Positions 35,265-47,160 of a stretch of 64,000 nucleotides of DNA are shown piece after piece. Origin of the DNA: Podarcis erhardii (lineage: Eukaryota). The stretch lies in the NCBI GenBank assembly GCA_964252035.1, contig OZ176214.1; one strand, 5' to 3'. The notes under the pieces were generated by a model that was not told where the DNA came from, did not search any database, and saw only the letters and a program-made list of their open reading frames with translations. The position numbers and the translations under genes are program-made. Positions within the stretch are counted from its first letter, which is position 1, and every line of letters starts with the position of its first letter.

Positions 35265-36130
35265 AACTGGGAGGGGTGGCTAACATCCCAGAGGGCAGGA
35301 TCACACTTCAAAACGACCTTGACAGATTAGAGAACTGGGCCAAAACAAACAAGATGAATTTTAACAGGGAGAAATGTAAAGTATTGCACTTGGGCAAAAA
35401 AAATGAGAGGCACAAATACAAGATGGGTGACACCTGGCTTGAGAGCAGTACATGTGAAAAGGATCTAGGAGTCTTGGTTGACCACAAACTTGACATGAGC
35501 CAACAGTGTGACGCGGCAGCTAAAAAAGCCAATGCAATTCTGGGCTGCATCAATAGGAGTATAGCATCTAGATCAAGGGAAGTAATAGTGCCACTGTATT
35601 CTGCTCTGGTCAGACCTCACCTGGAGTACTGTGTCCAGTTCTGGGCACCACAGTTCAAGAAGGACACTGGCAAACTGGAACGTGTCCAGAGGAGGGCAAC
35701 CAAAATGGTCAAAGGCCTGGAAACGATGCCTTATGAGGAATGGCTAAGGGAGCTGGGCATGTTTAGCCTGGAGAAGAGGAGGTTAAGGGGTGATATGATA
35801 GCCATGTTCAAATATATAAAAGGATGTCACATAGAGGAGGGAGGAAAAGGTTGTTTTCAGCTGCTCCAGAGAAGCGGACAAGGAGCAATGGATCCAAACT
35901 ACAAGAAAGAAGATTCCACCTATACATTAGGAAGAACTTCCTGACAGTAAGAGCTGTTCGACAGTGGAATTTGCTGCCAAGGATTGTGGTGGAGTCTCCT
36001 TCTTTGGAGATCTTTAAGCAGAGGCTTGACAACCATATGTCAGGAGTGCTCTGATGGTGTTTCCTGCTTGGCAGGGGGTTGGACTCGATGGCCCTTGTAG
36101 TCTCTTCCAACTCGGTGATTCTATGATTCT
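35265..36130 (+). mobile_element. Young 5'-truncated CR1 LINE (RT C-terminal part and 3' end)
   Basis: [33 protein letters not shown]...[15 protein letters not shown]...RRLRGDMI; apparent frameshift near 35845; ends in ATTCTATGATTCT tail. Confidence 0.95.
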
Positions 36131-37417
36131 AATCTGACTCCACCTTTCCAACCTTCCTCACCCTAGCCTGCTGAGGTACCACAAATCCTAAAGTGAAGGC
36201 TCCTAAGTCTTACTGTTAATTGCTTCTGCCATGCTGTAAGCAGCCCAAATCATTTTTTTTTTTATTAGAAAGAAAGAGCGGCTTTATTTGTATTAGACAA
36301 CGTGAAAGTCTATTCCTGCCTCTTCACTGCCATATTCTCTCAGTGTCAACTGGATAATCCCATTTACTTGTTTCACATGCTGTTGTTTTAAACAGACAGA
36401 CACACATTTCTCTGTTCTCCAGAGTACACTTTGGTCGCCAAAAACATTCCACAGATCCTAGTTTTCAATCTTAAAAATCTATTTAAGGGGTGGTGGTAGA
36501 GGAGATTACTTCATTGGGTGGGATCAATGAATATTTACGAATAAGCCACAATGCCCAGGAATTCCTCTCTCATGCTGACTGGGATGATTAAGATGACAAA
36601 GACTGGCTCCTGATTGTGTGACCAAGTTCAAAATCAATTACCTCCAAAGTCATCACCATTTTCTGCAGGCCTAAATTCCAGCAATATTCAATCGATCGAC
36701 AGCAACAGCACAATTTTACCTGCCTGCATCAGTCCAAGGTACGCCTTAGTGTAATGACCCACATGCTTAAACGTCATGCCCTCACACAAGCTTGTAGTCC
36801 CCAACCTGATCTTATCTCTCCTCCATTTTATTCACCATCCTATTCTTTCATTCTTATTTACTTATTTTTGCTCACTTGTTCATTTCACCGATACAGTGTT
36901 TTCCTTTATTTCTCCTTATATTTATCGTCACCTCATTTCCTCCATTTTGCACGGTTATTTCCTGGCTGGGGCCCTCAAGAAGCAGGACACAGCACTTTCA
37001 CCTCACATCAGAGACCTGCAGGCATCTCACCCTGCTTAGACCTGCAGTGCTGCCTCATCACCAGGGAGAGAGTGTCTGATGGTCACATCAACCAGAGCTA
37101 GGGAATGGAAACCAGAAGACACGATCCATTGCCATGGGACTGGAAGGGTATCAAGGACATTTGAGGAATGGTTTCATGTTTTTGAAGCAAAGGTGTTGTT
37201 AATGGAGCGCAGTGCCTCGGGGGTACTCTCTGGAGAGGGCTACAAACTCATCCTGCAACCGCTTCAATTATCCTAATTCCATGCAGTGCACACTTCAAAT
37301 GTCAAAAAGGCCACTTAAAAAATATGGAATGAAATAAGCAAGATGTAAGTGATCACATGGGGGATGAAGTACTTGCAAATTATGCCACATAGTACTTCCA
37401 GAGAGTGCTGCAAGCTA

Positions 37418-37905
37418 CCGTATTTTTTGCTCCATAAGACACACTTGACCATAAGACGCACCTAGTTTTCAGAGGGGGAATGCAAGAAAAAAAATATTCT
37501 TTAAAGGAAGCGCTGAGCAGAGCCTATATGCATCCCAGGCTCTGCTCAGCACTCCCTTTCACAAGCCGCGTGGAATGGAGTTGCAGGCTTTTCCCCGAGG
37601 AGGGAGAAGGGCAGTCTGTCACTGACCGGCTGCCCTTCTCACTCCTCGGGGAAAAGCCCCCAAGAGCTCCACGCAGCTCTTTAAAGGGAGCGCAGCTCTT
37701 GGGGGCTTTTCCGGGAGGTGGGGGAAGGGACTGAGGGGCTGAGCCAGATGCTAGAACAGCAAGAGGGAGCGCTGCGCAGAGATCCCTCTTGCTGTTCTGG
37801 CTTCTGGGATAGCTGCGCAGCCTGCATTCGCTCCATAAGACGCACACACCATTCCACTTACTTTTTAGGAGGGAAAAAGTGTGTCTTATAGAGCGAAAAA
37901 TACGG
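37418..37905. mobile_element. Tc2-type mariner MITE, 488 bp
   Basis: 27-bp TIR CCGTATTTTT(T/C)GCTC(C/T)ATAAGACACAC with TA TSD. Confidence 0.9.
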
Positions 37906-38082
37906 TATTTGTCAGATTGTCTGCTGCAACTGAAACAGTAACAGGCACATACAAGTGCTTCTCCTCTGCTTGCAAAACTAAGAAAAGTGGGCCACAAGAT
38001 TTGGTGTAACCTGCAATAACCTGCCCTGGAAAGAGCCCAGCCAAGAAATTAATAGGGAAATATTCCTAATTGGAAGGAACAA

Positions 38083-38305
38083 AACAAAACAAATTCCTTC
38101 CAGTAGCACCTTAAAGACCAACTAAGTCAGTTCTTGGTATGAGCTTTCGTGTGCATGCACACTTCTTCAGATACACGCACAGAAGAAGTGTGCATGCACA
38201 CGAAAGCTCATACCAAGAACTGACTTAGTTGGTCTTTAAGGTGCTACTGGAAGGAATTTGTTTTGTTTTGACTATGGCAGACCAACACGGCTACCTATCT
38301 GTAAC
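38083..38305. mobile_element. Short Penelope-like element (inverted pseudo-LTR structure)
   Basis: Perfect 89-bp inverted arms 38080-38168 / 38182-38270, tail ending cagaccaacacggctacc, and a 12-bp direct repeat TGGAAGGAACAA at 38071-38082 and 38306-38317 (TSD). Sequence resembles reptile Penelope ends (gaaagctcat...gttggtctttaaggtgctactgg). Confidence 0.85.
38137..38174 (-). ncRNA. Minimal type I hammerhead ribozyme motif
   Basis: GUAU-CUGAAGA-A-GUGUGC(AU)GCACAC-GAAA-GC-UC^AUAC: helix I GUAU/AUAC, CUGANGA and GAAA core, palindromic AGCU stem III, predicted cleavage between 38141 and 38140. Activity untested. Confidence 0.6.
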
Positions 38306-39926
38306 TGGAAGGAACAAGTTCACCTCCCTTTGTGGGCAGGGCACCAGGGCAGGCCTGCCCCTATGAGTAATCCAATGTTAGCCATAATAAATAAAACTAG
38401 AGGGCTCAAAGGCTTAGGTTAGTAGACTATTATTTCACAGTGGAAGGTTCATACTATTTTCAGAAGGCTCTCATTATGTTTGAAAAATGCAAGCACAACA
38501 CAAGCATCCACCTGAGTTACAAGAGGAAGGAAACTGTGTTGACTGTCTTATGAGAAGTCTCTGAGAATCAGAAGCATTTCTCTGCCCTCAACCCAGCAGT
38601 AAACCTCTGAGTGTACACCACACTCAAAGCTATTCCTGAAAGAACCCCCCTTTAGTAAAATGGGGAAGAGTTGTGAAAGTGAATCCATTAGAAAAGGGCT
38701 GGGCAAAAAGGACAAATGCTCAGTGTCCTGTTCAGCCTGAGGCATCACTGTCATCAGGCTGTGCAGTACATAATGAAAACTTCAAAAGGTGGCTTCTGCC
38801 CAGAACTAAAAATTCCCATAAGCAAACAACAGAGATCCAAAGCAGAGTGGACAGAAATCCTAAAGGACCCAACTCAGAGCCTATGGAACTCTTAGGGGTT
38901 TCTTCAAGTAACTAAGACCCTTGAGGTAGAGCAGAAAAAAATAGGAGCATGTTGACAGGAGAGTGAAATGACCAGGAGGAAGGCATGGAATGGAAAGCTT
39001 GTCTAAGAAGAATGTTTACAAAACAACGACTTTTCAGCTTTCTGTATAACTAGAGTTAAAAGTCAATTATACTGAAGTGTACACAATTGGTCCCAATTAA
39101 GTAAATACAGTGACAAAGAAATGGGCCGCATTGACAATTATGCTGCTTCAGCTACCCCTATCCCAGGTGCCTACCAACTGTGTCTCAGGTGATCACACAG
39201 GTGTGGCACCAAGCAGGTGCATGGACAAGGGCCAGTATTACACATCCTCATTCCAGAGAGTGAGAGTCACCCTCACCACCACCTCCTGTTAATTAGAAAC
39301 AAGAAGTGAGAGAGAGTCTCACTGCGGGAGACATACACATATTCTTAGCATGAGCTCAGCTTCCCAGCTCCTAAGGCAACGGAGTCATACAGGCGAAAGG
39401 CATAATGGAAATTGCTCCTATGACCCGGTGATGCAAGGCAAAAGCTCATTTTCAGCAATCACTTGCCATTTTAAGAAAGGAGTTTAAGCTGTAACCACAG
39501 CCCATGTGATCTGAGCGTTTCCCAATCAATTAAAGTTCAAAACTGGAGCACCAGAATACATTCAGACCGAAATAATATTATAATAATAATTTGCTGGGCC
39601 AAATTCTCCAAAGTGAACCAAACACAGTATGATCACATGTTACATGGGGAGTTCAATTCCAAGAGTTCTGCATATACATGAAATTCATGTATACCCAAAC
39701 TCTTTGAGCCACCCCTGTGGCTAGCATGTGATGGGAAGAGAGATTTTCCCCAGCACTCCTAGACCCTGTATGCTAAGTGGGCCTTGCCCAACAAGCAAAG
39801 CAGAGAGCTTAAAAGCTCTTTCCAAGCCAGAAACCCCAAGTGGACTTGAGATAGCTCAGTCTCTAGAGCATGAGACCATTCATCTCTGGGCCATGGGTTC
39901 GGGCCCCATGTTGGGCAAAAGATTCC

Positions 39927-40395
39927 TAGTGGTCCCAAAAGCTTTTCAGGCAACCACCCACTCAGTTGCATAAACTCGCCTCCAGTGTCCTCTGCCCTAT
40001 TATTCATAATAGCAGTTCTCACTAAGCAACCCACTAAGGAATAAAATTCAAAACCGAGACAATGAACTGCACCTTAATTCAAAATGCAATTAAAACTATT
40101 TCGTTAAAATAATTCAACAAAACGGATGAACTTCTGGTAGTCATTTACACCTCCAGGGACCCTCCTGTCACACCCTTGCCTCTTAGTGCCCCCGCCTTCC
40201 TAATCCTACTGCCTCCCCAGTGCATAGATGTCAACTTTCAGATTTGAAAATAAAGGATCAGCAGCCTCACCTGTCCCAGGGTCAGTCTACGGGATATCTA
40301 ACAATCTGGGATAGCAGCGGGAAACGGTGCTGGAATAAGGGAATTTCCCGCAAAAAAAGGGAAGGTTGACAGCACTGCCCACTTGGGAAACCTAT
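39927..40395 (-). mobile_element. Charlie-like hAT MITE with nested CATAG-TGTCAAC element (40223-40373)
   Basis: Family core plus insert catagatgtcaac...gttgacagc. Confidence 0.7.
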
Positions 40396-42017
40396 ATAAT
40401 ATTTACACACCCATTGTGAAAGTGCTAGGCAGGCCAAAAAGCCTACCCAGTACAGTTCTACTCCTATCGCAAGAGCCAGTGACCCAACACAAGCAGGAAT
40501 TTAGGAGATAGTTCAGCTCCATTCCCTTTGCTTTGCTCCTTAGTGATCCGGGTCCTGCTCTTTCCTCTCTGTTGTTAGAAGCCCCATCCCACAAATATCC
40601 CAAGAATGCTTCAACGTCATCTTCATTTATTTGAGTGGTTTTTGCCATTCCTCTGCTTATTTAGCCCAGGCCTCTCTTTCTGCTCTGGGGTCCCAGTTAA
40701 TGAAAACCACATGAGATCACAACGTGAGTTTGCCTAGTGCTCAAATCAATGTCATCTGCATTAATGGGGGGGGGGAGCATTTTTTAGCATATCGTTTTTA
40801 ACAAGGATCAAAAATGTCAAGCTGCAGTGCGCACAGAGAGATCAGATAAGCGCACAAATTTACCCACCTATCCATGCCCCCTCTCCCCTGTCCCGGCCAC
40901 TGTAATATACTTTTGAAGAAATGCCAGCTGAGATTATAATTGTGCTTAGCACTGAAAGCCCTTTTATTATGGCCAAAGTGCTTCGCAGTATATTATCTCA
41001 CTAATCCTGACAACTGCTCTGTAAGGGAGACCAATATTATAATTATTGTAGATGACCTGCTGATAGGGTGGCCCTTTGTACATTGCCAAAAAGGGAAAAA
41101 GAGAAGAGGGTGCAGATTTACATAAAATTTGCATGTGCTAATTACAAAAAACCCACAATTTTTGTAATAATAGCTATGATCTGAACAGCAACACACCTTA
41201 GTGCTGCTGTGAACAGGTGACCTGTGTTGCTTACTCAGCCTGATGCCCAGCTGCAAACTAGGGATCAGGCCTCCCTGATCTCTCCTTTTGGGGATCTTTA
41301 AACTGGATTCGCAGTGGATAGCCTTTCAGACACACACAAACTGTTTGTAGAGAACTGACCTCTGTAAAGTAAGACACCCGGCTGCTCTATCGGGTGAGTC
41401 AGAGACAGGGCAGGAGCCTAGCCTTAACTAAGGCCCCCAATGAGTGGACGGCAAAGGCAAGGTTTGAACAGGGGACACAAGTTCTCAGCCACTATTAGCA
41501 CAGGGTGGCATTTAGGTTGGCCCTAATGTGGTGAATGGATTCTTTGATGGCTCTGCTGGATTTGGTCACAGAACTCTCAATTTTCAAATTTATATTTGTG
41601 ACCTACTTTTTACTCAGCACTAACACCACCGTGAAGTTGTTGAACTGAAGAGCAGGATACACACCCTGTCTCAAGTAATCAATTACTTGTTGCGGTGTTT
41701 CCCCATTAGCAGTGTGCGTATCCCTTGCCCACTTTTTAATTTTACTTTATCATAGTATAACTCTTTATTATATACTAATGAATTGATGCCACATATTGTA
41801 ATTGGTCCGGTCTAGATAAAACAATTCAGTGGTACCTTGGTTCTCAAATTTAGTCTGTTCCAAAACCAAGGTGCACTTTCCCATAGAAAGTAATGCAAAA
41901 CGGATTAATCCGTTCCAGACTTTTAAAAACAACCCCTAAAAGAGCAATTTAACATGAATTTTATTATCTAACGAGACCATTGATCCATAAAATGAAAGCA
42001 ATAATCAATGTACTGTA

Positions 42018-42417
42018 CAGGGTGGATTTGATTTAAATCAAATTGATTTAAATCACGATTTAAATCACTAGTCAGTAAGGCTTGATTTAAATCATTTTTT
42101 TTACAGAAAGACTCATTCTTTCTGGTATAATCTTAATATTTACAACCATATGAAGGTTTCATTTTTGGAATAATAAATTTTCAGAGTAGTTTTTACAGCT
42201 ATATCAAAAATTATTGATTTGATATACTATTAGAAATACATAGACAGATAATTATGAAATTATGGTGAGGTTTAATAAGTTAACTGTTTATATTTGGACA
42301 ATCTTTCTGCTGTACTTTTTTGGAAAGAGAAAAATAATCATTTCTTTACTAACCATTTAAACAATTTATTTAACTGGTTATAGTGATTGTTTGGATGAGG
42401 GCTTTTATCCATTTCCA
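42018..42417. mobile_element. One-ended hAT-like insert with GATTTAAATC subterminal repeats
   Basis: Starts CAGGGTGGATTTGATTTAAATC with four GATTTAAATC palindromes; no matching right TIR. Confidence 0.55.
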
Positions 42418-42424
42418 CAGTCAC

Positions 42425-42425
<1 letters not shown>

Positions 42426-42454
<29 letters not shown>
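42426..42454. repeat. (AATC)7 microsatellite
   Basis: Direct inspection. Confidence 0.9.
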
Positions 42455-42455
<1 letters not shown>

Positions 42456-43003
42456 GTAGCTGAACTGGAATCCACGCAGTCCCAAAAACAAATTAACTGA
42501 AAAAGCCTCAAAACAAAAAAATGCAAAATAAATAGCAAAAGCAAAAGCACCAAATATAACCTCCAAATATCACCACAGAACACTGCAATTGGGAATGGAA
42601 GGCTTGAATTACAATGGGAGGGGGCACAAATTAGCAGCACAACAGGAAATCACAGAAACGGAAGGCATGAATTACAATGGGGGGGGGGATCCAAAATAGC
42701 AGCGCAACAGGGAGACTCAAAACGGAGCATGTTCAGCTTCCGAAAAAAGTTCGAAAACCGGAACACCTACTTTCGGTTTTTCAGCGTTTGGGTTCCAAGT
42801 TGTTTGTGAACTAAGCTGTTCGAAAACCGATGTACCACTGTATTATTAAAACTATCACCTAAGAAGAGGCATGGCAGTAAGACTAAACTCTCAAAAGGGA
42901 CCGACTGAGTCAGGACACTCCAAATGCTGTCTAGCTTCCTCCATCTGCACAATGGGCGCTGGGAGTTCCTCCTCCTGCTCCATCCCCACCTACCTCTCTC
43001 CGA

Positions 43004-43225
43004 TAGGGCTGGGCGATATCTGGTTTTCAACATTGTGATATATCACCAGCTAAACATTGTGATACACTGATATATCACTATGTCTGAAATAAGGATGGAG
43101 CTATGTAGAGGCATTGACTGGCTTCACGGTTTTCCCTGCCTCATGACTGCCAAGTCAAAAATTATGAAACTGATGTCATGATATGGACTTCATACCAGTT
43201 TTGGACGATATATTGCCCGGCCCTA
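43004..43225. mobile_element. hAT MITE
   Basis: TIR TAGGGCTGGGCGATAT / ATATTGCCCGGCCCTA; decayed TSD starting CTCTC. Confidence 0.75.
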
Positions 43226-43494
43226 CTCTCTTGCCATGCCCACCCCAGCACTATCAAATACTGGGAGTCGACCTGCTTGCCCTGGGATGTTTCACCAGTT
43301 GACACCTCCGAGTCTCCTGAGTCTAGGAGGAATACTAATATGGTCTGGGTGTGCACTCCTGTTCTTATCAGGATCAAGTAGTTATGCTTATAGAGAGAGC
43401 CAATGTGGTGTAGCGATTCAGAGTGGTGGACTAAGATCTGGGAGATTGGGATCCCAGTCCTCTCTCAATCTTAATCTAGAGCTCACTGACCTCC

Positions 43495-43867
43495 AATGAA
43501 ACTGAATATTGGAAGATTCAGAAAAAATAAGAGGAAGTTCTTCTTCATGCAGTGCATAGTTAAACTAGGGAACTCACTTCCACCGGAGGCAGTGATGGGC
43601 CACCAACTTGGGATGGCTTTAAAAGAGGATTAGATAAATACATGGAGGAGAGGACTACTGACGGCTACCAGCCGGGATGGCTCTGCTCTGCCTCCACAGT
43701 TGGGGGCAGCAATGTTTCTGACTGCCAGTTGTTGGACACCACAGGAGAGGAGACAGTGCTCTTGTGCTCAGGTCCTGTTTGCAGGTATCCCATGGGCATC
43801 TGGTTGGACAGGATGGTAGACTAGATGGGCAACTGGCCTGATCCAGCAGGGTTCTTGTTATGTTCCT
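43495..43867 (+). mobile_element. CR1 3' fragment
   Basis: ggaagattcag...ttcttcatgcagtgcatagttaaac...ggatggctttaaaagaggattagataaa...gatccagcaggg. Confidence 0.82.
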
Positions 43868-44439
43868 ACGTTCAAATCAGTAGTAATTAAAATGTTGTAC
43901 AGGACTTGAAGTATACAGGTCATCCCAGCATGCGGATCAGGCAGGCCAAGAAGCAATTAGTTCTACCTTTTGAGTCACCATATTATATCTGGCTCCAGTT
44001 GGCAGACTTCAATGTTACAGTAGACACAAACACACCCTTCAAGCCTCACTGCAGGCCAGAGATGGGGAACATGCATCGCTCCAAATGTAGTTCAACAACA
44101 TAATGGTAGTTAACTACCATTATCCCATAGCACTGCCCAGGAGAAAGGGGGTTGGAGCCCAACCACAACTGGAGGGCCAGAGATTTCCCATGTGTACTGC
44201 TCAGGGCAATTTTCCCTTCGTGAATTTTTCTTGGAGGGTAAACTACATTTTTTAAAGAGTCAAACTTTCTATTCCCCATCACTTGAATCTAACAAGTCCT
44301 TAAGCTAGGATTAGATTGGACTGATGGCACCAGTTCTGGAGATCTGATTAGACACATGCTAGCATAACCATGGAACAGGAGGAACTAATTTCTGTCTTAA
44401 TCAGAGGTCTTTGCAGCAACGAAACCTAGCACTCTAGCT

Positions 44440-44790
44440 CAGTGGTTTCCAAAGTAGGTAGCACTGCCCCCTGGGGAGGATAACCCAGGGGGCTCTAAGA
44501 GGCAAGGGGGCTAAAGGGGGGCCATTAGAAGCATAAATGAATATCCGACTTTGAAAAGCTGGTATCGTTGGATCATGTTCATCAGTTTTCTTGAATTAAT
44601 TAAACTAAACAGTTTCAACAGGATTGTGAATTAAAGTGCAATTAGTGGTTATTGTTTTGAATTTCATTTATTATCTTCCTTAGTGGGTTGTGCAAGGAGA
44701 ATAATGCTTTTTATGTGTTGCGTAGTGGGTTCTGGGGATGTGTTTATGGAACCAACAGGGTGGGGGTGCAAAGAAGTTGGGGAACCACTG
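44440..44790 (+). mobile_element. Charlie-like hAT MITE
   Basis: CAGTGGTTTCCAAA...TTGGGGAACCACTG; opposite orientation to the other four copies. Confidence 0.8.
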
Positions 44791-45312
44791 GAGTAGTTCT
44801 TCACTTGTTTGTCCTGAAAGAAGGGAGAAAAAATAATGGGTCAAACTCAGAGCACAACCTGCCTTGTAACTCACAGGAACATGCAGTGTTTAAGTCTTTT
44901 ATGGGTTACACTGAACTGCAAAGGTGGAATAAGATCTGTTCATTCCAATGCAGTTTCATTTTAGTATTGTAAGCAAGAGTGAGATGTTAACATCAGTTCT
45001 CAAATACCTTGGATGCAACAGCCACTCTGAGGGTTGCTGTTGCTGTTTACAATCAAGTGGCATGTAAATTTTATGAAATAAAACAAATTTAGTATGTATT
45101 ACGCCCAGACCAATCCCTTTGCAGGGCCTACCATGCTGCTACGTAACAATATAAGGGTCATAAACACACTTGGTATTCAGACACCACACCAAGTCAAACC
45201 ATAAGTTTAGCATGAGTATATGGACTCAGGGAGAGGAGACTGCAGTCACTTCATTCCTTTCTGGTTGTTCTGCCACTATGCCTCACTGAGCTAAGCCATG
45301 GTTTGCCAAACA

Positions 45313-45888
45313 TATCTCCCGCTTGGACTACTGCAATGCGCTCTACGTGGGGCTACCTTTGAAGGTGACTCGGAAACTACAACTAATCCAGAATGCGGCA
45401 GCTAGACTGGTGACTGGGGGCAGCCGCCGAGACCACATAGCACCGGTCCTGAAAGACCTACATTGGCTCCCAGTACGTTTCCGAGCACAATTCAAAGTGC
45501 TGGTGTTGACCTTTAAAGCCCTAAACGGCCTCGGCCCAGTATACCTGAAGGAGCGTCTCCACCCCCATCGTTCTGCCCGGACGCTGAGGTCCAGCGCCGA
45601 GGGCCTTCTGGCGGTTCCCTCATTACGAGAAGCAAAGCTACAGGGAACCAGGCAGAGGGCCTTCTCGGTAGTGGCACCCGCCCTGTGGAACGCCCTCCCA
45701 TCAGATGTCAAAGCGATAAATAACTACCTGACATTCAGAAGACATCTTAAGGCAGCCCTGTTCAGGGAAGTTTTTAATCTGTGATATTTTAGTGTATTTC
45801 TGGTTTTTATGGAAGCCGCCCAGAGTGGCTGGGGAAACCCAGCCAGATGGGCGGGGTACAAATAATAAATTATTATTATTATTATTAT
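45313..45888 (+). mobile_element. Young 5'-truncated L2 LINE
   Basis: Uninterrupted 153-codon ORF LDYCNALYVGLP...LQLIQNAAARL...LHWLPVRFRAQFKVL...RAFSVVAPALWNALP, followed by 3' UTR and (ATT)n tail. Confidence 0.93.
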
Positions 45889-45974
45889 AGCATGTTGTCT
45901 TACTTTGAACTTATGATATAGTTCTCCAAAACAAACCATGAGCTACAAACAATAGGATAAGCTTTGGTTGCACC

Positions 45975-46324
45975 AGGTGGGTGGCGCTGTGGTCTAAACC
46001 ACTGAGCCTAGGGCTTGCCAATCAGAAGGTCAGCAGTTCGAATCCCCACCACGGAGTGAGCTCCCATTGTTCGGTCCCTGCTCCTGCCCACCTAGAAGTT
46101 CAAAAGCACATCAAGTGCAAGTAGATAAATAGGTACTGCTCCGGCAGGAAGGGAAAGGGTGTTTCCATGCACTGCTCTGGTTCACCAGAAGCAGCTTAGT
46201 CATGTTGGCCACATGACCCGGAAGCTGTACGCCGGCTCCCTCGGCCTAAAGAGCAAGATGAGCGCGCAACCCCAGAGTCGTCCACAACTGGACCTAACGG
46301 TCAGGGGTACCTTTACCTTTACCT
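45975..46324 (+). mobile_element. Sauria SINE (Squam1), near full length
   Basis: gggtggcgctgtggtctaaaccactgagcctagggcttgcc...gttcgaatccc head and (ACCTTT)n tail. Confidence 0.92.
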
Positions 46325-47034
46325 AAGGAAGCTAACCAAAAGCCCAGATTTAAGTGGCACACTAAGCGGAACCATAGCTTAACTCCTTCCAACTTCCAAT
46401 TCTATAATTCAAGACAGCAGCAAAAAGATCAGGGAGGCCACAGCCTCTTCTATGGGAGCCTGCACACGAAATAAGTCATGGTTTGGCTTATCACGATACA
46501 CAAACCAGATCATTCTGTTATCCGTTCCGTACTAAAAATTAACCTATGTGGGGTGATATGGGAGGGAAGTATCAGTGCTGCTGTAAACTTCAGTGGAATA
46601 CAATAGATCAGAAAAAATCAAAGTGAGGCTGAAGAGACATTGGGGGCAGGGAGCAGAACTCGCCCCAACCAAAGATTTTAACACAGTTAACAATGCCTAA
46701 GTAGGGCTAATTTTGCACCATTTAAAAAAATGTTTACACAAATCTGCATGTGTAAAAATATTTCTGCCTACATACTTTGCTTTTGATCATACAAGCAGGT
46801 TGTAGCAATGATCTTTTTGGATAAGGTATTTCCTCCTCTGGGAGAGAAAAGGGATAATGGTTCTCTCAATGATACTTCCACTCTCTATTTTTTAATATCT
46901 GCATTAAAAATTATGAGTTATATCGAACCAAGTTCTACTCAGAATAATCCCAGCGGAAATAATGCACTTAAGTTAGTCCTGCCTCTTATTTTTAATGGGT
47001 CTACTTTGAGTATAACTGATCATCATCATCGTCA

Positions 47035-47105
47035 TCATCATATATTTATACCCTGCCCATCTGGCTGGGCTTCCCCAGCGACTCTGGGCGGCTCCCAACA
47101 TAATA
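47035..47105 (-). mobile_element. L2 3' tip
   Basis: tttataccctgcccatctggctgggcttccccagcgactctgggcggctc, inverted relative to 45815-45860. Confidence 0.75.
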
Positions 47106-47109
47106 TTAA

Positions 47110-47160
<51 letters not shown>

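Larger units (their letters stand above)
41827..42840. mobile_element. About 1-kb Tigger-like non-autonomous element containing a nested insert
   Basis: CAGTGGTACCTTGGTT...AACCGATGTACCACTG-TA. Confidence 0.8.
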
